Positions 25,920 to 34,780 of a DNA stretch of 64,000 bases are shown here, piece by piece. Location: positions 71,658 through 135,657 of the forward strand of contig CAZRNZ010000001.1 in assembly GCA_964601615.1 (NCBI GenBank). The letters are read 5' to 3'. Every line of letters starts with the position of its first letter. Within the stretch, counting starts at the first letter, position 1. The position numbers were made by a program, and so were the translations under genes. The notes under the pieces are model-generated. The model did not search any database, was not told where the DNA came from, and saw nothing but the letters and a program-made list of their open reading frames with translations. This stretch comes from an uncultured Candidatus Saccharibacteria bacterium. Lineage in GTDB: Bacteria; Patescibacteriota; Minisyncoccia; Phycocordibacterales; UBA918.

Positions 25920-26666
25920 ATGAATCAAGAAGAGAGATGGTTGTTGGAGGAAAAATTCGGAGGCGCGGAAAGCGAAGCTTTCCGCGCTGATTTATCGCTT
26001 TTGCGCTCAGGCACTCCCCTTGCCTATTTAATCGGTTCTGTACCGTTTTTAAACTGCAAAATACGCCTCGATTCAAGACCACTTATTCCAAGAGTTGAAA
26101 CTGAATATTGGGTTGAGAAAGCAATTGAAGAAATAAAGAAAGTGGGCGAAGCTTCGCTTCGCCCACTTCGAATCCTCGACCTTTGTTCTGGTTCTGGCTG
26201 TATCGGAGTATCAGTGGCAAAAAACATTCCAAGTACTTTGGTAGATTTTGCTGAGGTTGATTCATCTCACCTAGCAACGATTCTAAAAAATATTAAAGAA
26301 AATAATATTGATATTAAACGAACAAATATTTTAATTGGAGATTTGTTTGAAAATGTGACAGAGAAATACGATTTTATTCTTAGTAATCCACCATATATTG
26401 ATCCAGAAATTGATAGAGCTGAAGAAAGTGTAAAAACCCATGAACCTCATATTGCACTTTATGGTGGTAATGAGGGAATGGAAATAATTACTAAAATTAT
26501 TTCTGAAGCAAAAAATTACTTAACAGAATTAGGACAGCTTTGGATTGAGCATGAACCAGAACAGTCTGGAGATATTGCGACCATTGCAACTGGCGCAGGC
26601 TTCGCCCGCGCCACCACCCTTCCCGACCAGTACGATATATCGCGCTTCACTATTATTGTGAGATAA
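25920..26666 (+). CDS. prmC: release factor glutamine N5-methyltransferase PrmC/HemK
   Basis: SAM-binding LDLCSGSGCIG and catalytic NPPY. Contains three embedded GC hairpins (see findings). Confidence 0.8.
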   Translation: MNQEERWLLEEKFGGAESEAFRADLSLLRSGTPLAYLIGSVPFLNCKIRLDSRPLIPRVETEYWVEKAIEEIKKVGEASLRPLRILDLCSGSGCIGVSVAKNIPSTLVDFAEVDSSHLATILKNIKENNIDIKRTNILIGDLFENVTEKYDFILSNPPYIDPEIDRAEESVKTHEPHIALYGGNEGMEIITKIISEAKNYLTELGQLWIEHEPEQSGDIATIATGAGFARATTLPDQYDISRFTIIVR

Positions 26667-26673
26667 TAAAATC

Positions 26674-26877
26674 ATGATCGAATTGTTACTAGTTTTTGCA
26701 GAACTTGTTTTCTACTTTTCACTATTGTTATCAGTAATTTTTGCTTTGGTACTTGGTTATCACTGGTATCAGTATGGTACTAAAAAACGCCATGCCGCTA
26801 CCGCAGTAATTACTTTCTCAGTTGGCGCAACTTTATTTTTAGCAGTAATGGCTTTCTCTTTGATTTATGTTGGTTGA
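26674..26877 (+). CDS. small integral membrane protein (67 aa, 2 TM)
   Basis: Hydrophobic ORF overlapping the next gene by 11 nt. Confidence 0.4.
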   Translation: MIELLLVFAELVFYFSLLLSVIFALVLGYHWYQYGTKKRHAATAVITFSVGATLFLAVMAFSLIYVG

Positions 26878-27397
26878 TAGAATTGATTTAGAATCAGGTG
26901 AGAAATTAGTTGCCACTTCTCGTCGTCATAAATTTACTTTAATACTTGAACTTATAGGTCTGTCCTTGGTTTCATTAATTCCAATAGTTTTGCTGTTTGT
27001 TGCTCTTGCCTATCAAGAACTCCTACCTTTTGTTGTTTTAGATTACTTCTCTTTCTTCACCTATTTTTATGCATTTTGGTTGCTGATGATTTGGACAATA
27101 GTATTTACAGTTTTGAGTGAATATTATTTGGATGTTCTTATTGTGACAAATAAGCGCTTAATAATCGCTAATCAAAAAGGCTTTTGGCGTCGTAGTTTGT
27201 CTAGCTTTAGATTAGAGAGATTGCAGGATGTGAATGTAGAAATAAACGGTATTCTTGCAACGTTGCTAGACTTTGGAACTTTGCGCGCCGAAACAGCTGG
27301 TCATGGTGCAGAAAATTTCCATATGGACAATTTGCCAAATCCTCGCGCCCTCAAAGATAAAATAATGAACGCTCTTGATTCTGATAAAAGAGATTAA
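26867..27397 (+). CDS. membrane protein with a bacterial PH domain (YdbS/YdbT-like, bPH_2)
   Basis: Two TM helices, then YLDVLIVTNKRLIIANQKGFWRRSLSSFRLERLQDVNVEINGILATLLDFGTLRAETAG. Confidence 0.55.
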   Translation: MLVDRIDLESGEKLVATSRRHKFTLILELIGLSLVSLIPIVLLFVALAYQELLPFVVLDYFSFFTYFYAFWLLMIWTIVFTVLSEYYLDVLIVTNKRLIIANQKGFWRRSLSSFRLERLQDVNVEINGILATLLDFGTLRAETAGHGAENFHMDNLPNPRALKDKIMNALDSDKRD

Positions 27398-27420
27398 TTT
27401 ATTCACTTACGTAAGATAAA

Positions 27421-27456
27421 ACAAAAACCAGCGCCCTTCGGGCGCTGGTTTTTGTT
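27421..27456. terminator. terminator AAAAACCAGCGCCC-TTC-GGGCGCTGGTTTTTG
   Basis: Bidirectional, between convergent genes. Confidence 0.8.
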
Positions 27457-27472
27457 TTAATTATTTACTTGC

Positions 27473-27892
27473 CTATCTATTTCTCCAACAAGAAACTGCA
27501 ATAATAATTAATGAGATGAAGAAAAATAATCCGTATGTAAAAAGTATCAAAAATGGCACGATACTTATGTTAGGACCAAAACCACTGCCACGACCCCCCA
27601 TGACTATGGCTATATAAGTCAAAAATACAGTCAGTGGAGTTGCCCAGAAGGCAAACTTTTTCCAAGATTCAAATACTTTTGAATCTAATGGGTATGTAAT
27701 GAGTGAGGTGATTAAAAAAAGTATCGAAGGCCAAAAAGTAATCTTACCGATGTTGCCAATTAGTGACCAATTATCCCTACACCAAAGGTCATCATTACGA
27801 CCGCATGTTTCCTGAATTATTACTGCACCCATTGGTATTACTAAGAATAATAAACTTAGTAAAAATATTTTTTTCTTGGATAAAAATTTCAT
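27473..27892 (-). CDS. integral membrane protein (4 TM), co-operonic with the large secreted protein
   Basis: 139 aa. 4-nt spacer after the upstream 1035-aa gene. Confidence 0.45.
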   Translation of the reverse strand: MKFLSKKKIFLLSLLFLVIPMGAVIIQETCGRNDDLWCRDNWSLIGNIGKITFWPSILFLITSLITYPLDSKVFESWKKFAFWATPLTVFLTYIAIVMGGRGSGFGPNISIVPFLILFTYGLFFFISLIIIAVSCWRNR

Positions 27893-27896
27893 AACA

Positions 27897-30800
27897 TTAT
27901 TTTATACCTTGCTGTGCCTGTAGTAGTGTTATCAGTGTGTTTAGTATTGTTTGTAATTGGATTTTAATATTACTGTGCTGTTCTTTTGATATTTGATTTT
28001 CTAGTGAAGATAGAAATACTGTAATGGTTTGAATTTTTATTACCATATCAGTTAATTCTTTTAAATTAAGAGAAGTTTCTAAATTGTAAGGCTGTTTTTT
28101 GAAGTAGCCACTAGAAAAAGTCTTTTTTATAGACGAATCTGCAACTATAATGTCTGGTACTAGCACTGTTTGTCCTAATATCGGTGTATAATTCAAATCA
28201 ACAATGAAGTCACCATTATAATCGACTTCTAATATCCCGGCATTTTCTAGTTCATTTGTATTGAATTCTATGCTGGCAATTGTTGAAGTGCTAGTAGGTA
28301 TTGCTGAAAATGTACTACTAGCTATTATTTCATCATCTTCAAATTCTTTCATCTCTAGTGTGAAAGATCCCTCAGATTCACCTTTTAAAACAACTGTAAA
28401 TTTTATTCCTTTAGGAATGCTCAGTGTCTGCACCTCGCCATAGCGGGTGTAGATTGCACCGGGGATTGAAGAAGATTCTTTCCCTGTGATGTTTCCATTT
28501 TCATCAATGGCGGAAAGAGAAAGAGGAGAATGTAGAGTAAAGTTTAGACGGTCTGCACCCTCTATCTTCGGCACGTTTTCTAAAATATTTTCTGGTAAAA
28601 AATCTGAATTCTTGGTTAAGAGGTTATTAAGAATGAACGTTCGTAGTTCGTTTATTTCTAGTATGTCAGCATGTTTTGTTCGAAGAAAATCTAAACCTGG
28701 TATAGATTTGATAATGGTATTGTTATAATCTTGTAAGTTTACCCACCACCTATTAACATCTGGGTCTGAGTCGCTCATTGCCAAAGCGCTTGGTACAACC
28801 ACAGTACCGTCACCATCTAATACTATATTTGGTTCGTATGACAATGTATCTTCATATGTTTTGCATACAAATAATATATGAGACTTACATTTCTTTATGG
28901 TTTTATAGGTTATTCCAGCTAATGTTTGTTCACCTATGCCTGCAATTTGGTGTATCTCAATTCCTTCTGGCGGTTGCCAAGTCGAATTGATGCCTTGCTG
29001 AAAATTTTGAGCCTCTGATAAAAGTCCACTGTTTGCGAGAGATAAGTTATTTAAATCTTCATAACTAGGAGTACTTCGCCCCTCTTCTCCTGTAAGAAAA
29101 TCAAACAGTTCTCCAGAGGTTATTGCATAACCGTAATTATCAATAAAATTTTGTGTAGCTGATCCGTCTTCAAAGGTTACGTATGGTATTCCTATGGTTG
29201 CACCTGCACTATTGTAATAATCAGAAAAAGGCATTAATTGATAAATCATCGGCATATTTATCGCCAAATCTCTGGCACGAGATTCGGTTAGAACAAGTGG
29301 AAGATCAGTAGGTTTGCCAGCCTCATACCCATGCAGTAATGCACCAATAGCTTGGGGTGTGCCGAGTTGTGGTACTGCCACCAAAATAACTTTATCTATT
29401 AGTATAGATGCTTCATCTCCTAGTTTATTTATCAGGGCTTTGGTCAATAAGCCGCCATTAGAGTGTGCAACTATAGTCACCTTGCCAGATTTAGAACTTG
29501 CAGCCAATTCACGTAGAGTTTTTTCAATATATGGCTTGTTAGTAGAATTTCCATATTTAATAGTGTCGTCATTTTGTTTTGTTCCAGTATTTAATATGTC
29601 TGCGATAGAGAGACGCCAATCATACGGTACTGCCTCATAGTCATTTATAGTATTCGATGATTTAAGTGCATTTAAATCATTGATTAGTTTTTCGTATGCG
29701 TAATGATTGTCGAGTACATCTTTTGTAACTATGTTTGAATTTATACTATTTCCAGTTTCATCTAAATACAGCTTTTCAAACTCGCTGTCTCTAGTTAGTA
29801 GATTTGGTTCCCATATTTGATTATCACCCTCGTAAAGTCTTGAAGCCATGATTCCTGGCAGGAACATAATGTTAGAGTGGCAATCTATCTCGCAAAATTC
29901 AATGAGCCAAGGAGTGTAATATACATTGTCAGTAATCATATCTCCTGCACCTTGTGGATTTGTTGTTTCATGCTGTGGGCCACTTCTGTCACCCCAAAAA
30001 TTGTTTGAAGCATATATTGGTCCCGAACTATAAGCTTGTGCACCAATACTGTTTCCGCTTATGTGACTGTTGTTGATATTTAGTTGTCCATAATTAGCAA
30101 GTCCAATAGAATTATTTAAAATTTTACTATCTAATATCCCCGCCCTGCTTGCATAGTTGGCTATTCCATATCCAGAATTGTCTGTTATATCTAGATTTTT
30201 TCCATTAAGTATAGACTCGTTATATGTTACTAAACCATCACCTTTAAAATTATTTATCTTTGTATTTTTTATATCCAGTTCTGATTCACTAACAATAATG
30301 CCTTCTCCATCTCCACTTGTTAGTTCAGAGTCTTTTATTTGTACTGTACTGCTACTATATATAGCGATACCTGAGGATCTTGAATTTTCTATTAGAATAT
30401 TTTTTATATCAAGAATGCTGCCACTCGATAATATTCCACTTTTAATTGCTTCAATATTTTCTAAAGATGCATTGCTATCTAGTATTAAGATAGGATTAGA
30501 TTCTTCTACTTTTGAATCTCTTATAGACAAAATACTTCTATCTATAATCAAGGAATTATTATTTCTATAAAAGTAAGAGTCAGATATTGATAAAAAGCCA
30601 TTAATAACCTGTAGCCCATCTCTAGAATAAGAAGTTATTGTATTTGATATATTATTGCCACTAGAATTTAAGATTACAACACTCCAGGGATGGATCTCAT
30701 TATCGTTTGCGTTAGAGGTAAGATGAATCTTACTCTCCTTTGTTCCATTAGCAGTTAATTTGCCTGTCACTGCCAACCAGGTATCTGATTCGAATTTAAT

Positions 30801-31004
30801 CGTAACACCAGGCTCTATTGTTAGGTCTGCCGGACTATCTTCAGTACCTACAACAATTTGTTGTGTAATTATGTAAGGACTACCAGCTAAAGACCAGGTG
30901 GTGTCACCTTCTATGTTTCCAGATATTTCGGTTGCTCCAAGGGCAATCTGGCCGGCACTTAGGAGTGCTACGAACATGGCAATAGATATTCGCCATTTAT
31001 TCAT
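27897..31004 (-). CDS. large secreted multidomain protein: N-terminal right-handed parallel beta-helix repeats, central alpha/beta-hydrolase (lipase/PGAP1-like), C-terminal coiled coil
   Basis: Signal peptide MNKWRISIAMFVALLSAGQIALGA. PbH1-like repeats (NSGYGIANYASRAGILDSKILNNSIGLANYGQLNINNSHISGNSIGAQAY). Lipase nucleophile-elbow-like motif VTIVAHSNGGLL (GHSxG-type) preceded by FLPGIMASRL. Confidence 0.7.
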   Translation of the reverse strand: MNKWRISIAMFVALLSAGQIALGATEISGNIEGDTTWSLAGSPYIITQQIVVGTEDSPADLTIEPGVTIKFESDTWLAVTGKLTANGTKESKIHLTSNANDNEIHPWSVVILNSSGNNISNTITSYSRDGLQVINGFLSISDSYFYRNNNSLIIDRSILSIRDSKVEESNPILILDSNASLENIEAIKSGILSSGSILDIKNILIENSRSSGIAIYSSSTVQIKDSELTSGDGEGIIVSESELDIKNTKINNFKGDGLVTYNESILNGKNLDITDNSGYGIANYASRAGILDSKILNNSIGLANYGQLNINNSHISGNSIGAQAYSSGPIYASNNFWGDRSGPQHETTNPQGAGDMITDNVYYTPWLIEFCEIDCHSNIMFLPGIMASRLYEGDNQIWEPNLLTRDSEFEKLYLDETGNSINSNIVTKDVLDNHYAYEKLINDLNALKSSNTINDYEAVPYDWRLSIADILNTGTKQNDDTIKYGNSTNKPYIEKTLRELAASSKSGKVTIVAHSNGGLLTKALINKLGDEASILIDKVILVAVPQLGTPQAIGALLHGYEAGKPTDLPLVLTESRARDLAINMPMIYQLMPFSDYYNSAGATIGIPYVTFEDGSATQNFIDNYGYAITSGELFDFLTGEEGRSTPSYEDLNNLSLANSGLLSEAQNFQQGINSTWQPPEGIEIHQIAGIGEQTLAGITYKTIKKCKSHILFVCKTYEDTLSYEPNIVLDGDGTVVVPSALAMSDSDPDVNRWWVNLQDYNNTIIKSIPGLDFLRTKHADILEINELRTFILNNLLTKNSDFLPENILENVPKIEGADRLNFTLHSPLSLSAIDENGNITGKESSSIPGAIYTRYGEVQTLSIPKGIKFTVVLKGESEGSFTLEMKEFEDDEIIASSTFSAIPTSTSTIASIEFNTNELENAGILEVDYNGDFIVDLNYTPILGQTVLVPDIIVADSSIKKTFSSGYFKKQPYNLETSLNLKELTDMVIKIQTITVFLSSLENQISKEQHSNIKIQLQTILNTLITLLQAQQGIK

Positions 31005-31080
31005 TAACCAGTTTTGATGAATTTATTATAACCTATAATAATTGTATTTTGTGTGCTTTTCCCATACAATCATTAGCATT

Positions 31081-32385
31081 ATGGCTGAAAAACTATCGAC
31101 AGAACCCTATAAAGGGGTAAGGGACTTTTATCCAGAGGATATGGCTATCCAACAGCATATTTTTGATGTTTGGAGCAAAACTGCGGAGTCTTTTGGTTTT
31201 CAGCGTTACGATGCTTCTGTGCTTGAACCTTCTGAACTATATAAGAGTAAGGGTGCCGAAAATGAAGAGTTGGTAAATGAACAAACATATACTTTTTTGG
31301 ATCGTGGAAATCGTGAGGTTACTTTGCGTCCAGAGATGACCCCTACTGTCGCTCGTATGATCGCGTCTCGCCACAAAGAGCTTTCCTTCCCTGCTCGATG
31401 GTATTCAATTCCAAACTTGTTTAGGTATGAAAGAGCACAGCGCGGACGTGTGCGTGAACACTGGCAGTTGAACTGTGATATGTTCGGTTCTAATGATATT
31501 TCTTCTGATGTTGAAATGATTAGTCTTGCTCACAGTATATTGATTAATTTTGGTGCAAATCCAGAGATGTTTACAATTAAAGTTAATCATAAAAGATTAG
31601 CTGCGGAAGTTATTGACTACAATGTTAAAAAGGCTGGTTATTCAATTACTGAAGATCAGATTAATAAGGTTATAAGACTTACTGATAAAATTGAAAAAAT
31701 AGCTCCTAAGGACTTTGAAAGAATGATGACTGAAATAGTTGGTGAGGGAGTATCTAGTTCTGTTATGGAAATTTATAGTGAGGATAGAGAAGGTTTTCTG
31801 GATAGTGTCCACAAGACTGACTCACTTGAGAGATTACTTGAAATAATGAGGTCTTTAAGAGAAATGGGTATAAAAATTGAATACGATCCAACATTGGTTA
31901 GAGGGTTTGATTACTATACAGGGCTTATTTTTGAGATTTTTGATAACAATCCAAATAATAATCGTTCAATGCTTGGCGGTGGTCGCTATGACAACCTCAC
32001 TTCCCTTTTTGGAGACGAAGCTATTGGTGGGATTGGTTTTGGTATGGGTGATGTCACCATGAGAGATTTCTTGGAAACTCACGACTTGTTGCCACGACTT
32101 TCTAATAGTGCTTCTGTAGTAGTAATTCCGACAGAAGCATCACTTAATCTCGAGGCAGAAAAAGTAGCTCGTTCACTCCGAAAAATTGACTTATCAGTCA
32201 TGGTGGATATTTCTACTCGTAAGCTTGGTAAGAAGATTGCTAGTGCTGATTCTTCTGGTGCTGGTTATGTTTTGATTGTGGGAGAAGATGAGGTTACTCG
32301 CAATGAATTTGTTTTAAAAAACTTAGCTGATGGCACTGAGACTTCTGGTACAATTGAGCGTCTGGCTGAACAGTTTGTTGGTTAG
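31081..32385 (+). CDS. hisS: histidine--tRNA ligase
   Basis: Class II motifs FRYERAQRGRVREHWQ and GGGRYD. ATG at 31081 gives MAEKLSTEPYKGVRDF; the track ORF starts 13 codons upstream. Confidence 0.9.
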   Translation: MAEKLSTEPYKGVRDFYPEDMAIQQHIFDVWSKTAESFGFQRYDASVLEPSELYKSKGAENEELVNEQTYTFLDRGNREVTLRPEMTPTVARMIASRHKELSFPARWYSIPNLFRYERAQRGRVREHWQLNCDMFGSNDISSDVEMISLAHSILINFGANPEMFTIKVNHKRLAAEVIDYNVKKAGYSITEDQINKVIRLTDKIEKIAPKDFERMMTEIVGEGVSSSVMEIYSEDREGFLDSVHKTDSLERLLEIMRSLREMGIKIEYDPTLVRGFDYYTGLIFEIFDNNPNNNRSMLGGGRYDNLTSLFGDEAIGGIGFGMGDVTMRDFLETHDLLPRLSNSASVVVIPTEASLNLEAEKVARSLRKIDLSVMVDISTRKLGKKIASADSSGAGYVLIVGEDEVTRNEFVLKNLADGTETSGTIERLAEQFVG

Positions 32386-32392
32386 ATAATTG

Positions 32393-32415
32393 GAGGGCGG
32401 CAAAGCCGCCTTCCA
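32393..32415. terminator. hairpin GGAGGGCGGC-AAA-GCCGCCTTCC, 8 nt after the hisS stop
   Basis: 10-bp stem with one G-U pair. No strong T-run. Overlaps the 5' end of the next track ORF. Confidence 0.45.
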
Positions 32416-32443
32416 TACTTTGAATAGTTTAAAATCTGAAATC

Positions 32444-33019
32444 GTGCGTTACATTGTATTCGACCTGGAAACCCAAAATACTTTTGCTGATGTTGGCAGT
32501 AATGATTCTGTTAGCCTAGATATTTCTGTGGCCTGTTTTTATGATAGCGAAACGGATCAATATACTACGGTAACTGTTGATGAACTTTCTACTGTTTGGC
32601 CACTTCTAGAAAAAGCTGATGCTTTGGTTGGATACAATAGTAATCATTTTGATATCCCGCTTTTGAATAAATATTATCCGGGAGATTTGACTACCATAAA
32701 GAGTATTGACCTGCTTGAATCTATTCGTGCATCACTCGGCCGTCGTTTGCGATTGGATAGTGTGGCTGAGGCTACTATCGGTGCTAAGAAATCAGCGGAC
32801 GGCCTGCAGGCCGTCCGCTGGTGGCGTGAAGGAAAAATTGATGAAATCAAAAAATATTGTCAGCAAGACGTTAAGGTAACTAAGAAAGTTTTTGATTACG
32901 CAATGACTAACGGACACGTGAAGTTTAAGGACGGCTCTCGCAAGCGCGAAATAGTTCTCGATACTTCAACTTGGACTGAAAAGGAGGATTCTTCGATGAC
33001 TCACGCTCTGCCTTTTTAG
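32444..33019 (+). CDS. DEDDy-type 3'-5' exonuclease (DnaQ/RNase D-like fold)
   Basis: Exo motifs FDLET, YNSNHFDIPLL, YCQQDV. The likely start is GTG at 32444 (M-RYIVFDLET), not the track's TTG at 32390, which sits inside the hisS terminator hairpin. Confidence 0.6.
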   Translation: MRYIVFDLETQNTFADVGSNDSVSLDISVACFYDSETDQYTTVTVDELSTVWPLLEKADALVGYNSNHFDIPLLNKYYPGDLTTIKSIDLLESIRASLGRRLRLDSVAEATIGAKKSADGLQAVRWWREGKIDEIKKYCQQDVKVTKKVFDYAMTNGHVKFKDGSRKREIVLDTSTWTEKEDSSMTHALPF

Positions 33020-33123
33020 GATTGCGGTTTAGGATTTTTGTTGTAATATTCGCCATGGAAACCACCTCATTGTGAGATGGTTATTTGGTCGGAAAGTCCG
33101 ACTCTTGAAAGAAGAGGTGTGCA

Positions 33124-33882
33124 ATGGGTAACATTGTGAGCCAAATATCACGAGGTCAGGGTCATGAGCTTTTGAATAAGCTAGAAAGCGCTGGCCTTAC
33201 TCCAGAACTTGCTCAAAGGATCGTTGATTCTAAAGGAAATACAGCGGCCAAGAAAATGGTTGAGAGTATCAAAGGAGGGTTTACTACCTATAAAAAAGCG
33301 CGCGGCATTATGGGTAGAAACTTTTTTGGTACTGAGGATATGCTTTTTTATTTCAAAGGCTATTCTTGTACCAAGGAAGATATTAACTTTTTTGCTGAAG
33401 TTCCTTGGAGTGAGGATGTTTTGGAATCATGTAAAGATACTCATGTTTTAGTAGCGGTTCCGTCTGTATCTATCCACTATATTCAACAGTTGACAAGTTT
33501 AGAAGATATTTTTCATACTTCTGTAAATAATAATAGTCTTTACAAAGATTTTGTTCACAATCGTTGCATGGCTAGTTGGCAGCTTATAAAAAAGATACCA
33601 GTAACATGGTCAGAAGATAAGAATTATAGTGACCAACTAAAGGTTCTTTATCCAGATGAAGAGGTGCCAAGTGTTCAAGTTGTTGTTTATGCAATGGTCG
33701 GTCACTTCTTGAAAACAAAAGAAAGACTGTTTCGTGAAATTTCAGTCCGGACGTCAACGGTTGACTCAATTGGTCAATCTGTTGCTGTAGGTCACTTTAA
33801 CTCAAATGGCATGATTATTGGGTCATATGGTGACGGTCAGGTTTCTAATTTGGCTCTGGCTTCAGCCAAGAAGTTGATGTAA
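33124..33882 (+). CDS. hypothetical protein (252 aa)
   Basis: ORF with no recognised domain. Its leader (33060-33123) contains two hairpins. Terminator AGCCCCGCAA..TTGCGGGGCT plus T-run at 33888-33924. Confidence 0.45.
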   Translation: MGNIVSQISRGQGHELLNKLESAGLTPELAQRIVDSKGNTAAKKMVESIKGGFTTYKKARGIMGRNFFGTEDMLFYFKGYSCTKEDINFFAEVPWSEDVLESCKDTHVLVAVPSVSIHYIQQLTSLEDIFHTSVNNNSLYKDFVHNRCMASWQLIKKIPVTWSEDKNYSDQLKVLYPDEEVPSVQVVVYAMVGHFLKTKERLFREISVRTSTVDSIGQSVAVGHFNSNGMIIGSYGDGQVSNLALASAKKLM

Positions 33883-33935
33883 ATATAAGCCCCGCAAAAT
33901 AAATCTTGCGGGGCTGTTTTTATTTTCTCACTATT

Positions 33936-34751
33936 TTATTGTGAAGCTATTACTAAAAGTATTACTATGCTAGCTAAAACAATACGGTACCAAATAAATG
34001 GCCAAAGGCTATATTTGCGGACGAATGAAAGCATAAAATGAATAGCGAATAATCCAGCCAAGAAAGCAATTGTGGCAGCAATTATCAAACTTCCCCAGTC
34101 AAAAGAATTATTTAGGGACATCAAATCAACTAGCTTTTTGGCACCACTTCCAGCAATGATTGGAATTGCTAACAAGAAAGAAAAGCGAGCTGCTTCAGAA
34201 CGAGTAAGCCCCATCATCATTCCTCCCACTATTGAAGCACCACTTCGCGACATGCCAGGCAAAAGTGCTAAACATTGAAAGAGACCAATCTTAAATCCTT
34301 TTTGAATTGTCATTTTTTCATCTCTTGGATTATTGGTGTAGTGCCATTCAGCAAACATGAATAAGATAGACCCAAGAATTAAAATTACTCCGACAAATAA
34401 TGGATTGCGAAAAATCGTTTCCATATATGACTCAAGGAATAGTCCCATTATGACAGCAGGAATTGTACCTATCATCAGTGCGTAAGCCAATGTGATTTCT
34501 TTTTGATTTACTGGTAGGCGGGACATTTTACGTAGAACAGCATTTGTCATTGTTAGTAAATCTTTATGAAAATAAATTATTACTGCCAAAACTGTCGCGA
34601 GTTGTAGTACGGCATCAAAGGCTAAATCATTCTCGCTAGCTCCCAAAAATGAGTGTAAAAGCACTAAATGGCCTGTAGATGATACTGGTAAAAATTCCGT
34701 AAAGCCTTGTAGTAGGCCAAAAAATATACTGTTTACAGCTTCCATTGCCAA
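33936..34751 (-). CDS. uppP: undecaprenyl-diphosphatase
   Basis: GFTEFLPVSSTGHLVL and PGMSRSGASI motifs; 8 TM helices. Confidence 0.85.
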   Translation of the reverse strand: MAMEAVNSIFFGLLQGFTEFLPVSSTGHLVLLHSFLGASENDLAFDAVLQLATVLAVIIYFHKDLLTMTNAVLRKMSRLPVNQKEITLAYALMIGTIPAVIMGLFLESYMETIFRNPLFVGVILILGSILFMFAEWHYTNNPRDEKMTIQKGFKIGLFQCLALLPGMSRSGASIVGGMMMGLTRSEAARFSFLLAIPIIAGSGAKKLVDLMSLNNSFDWGSLIIAATIAFLAGLFAIHFMLSFVRKYSLWPFIWYRIVLASIVILLVIASQ

Positions 34752-34780
34752 ATATTATATCATGGTAAAATATTGGTTAT

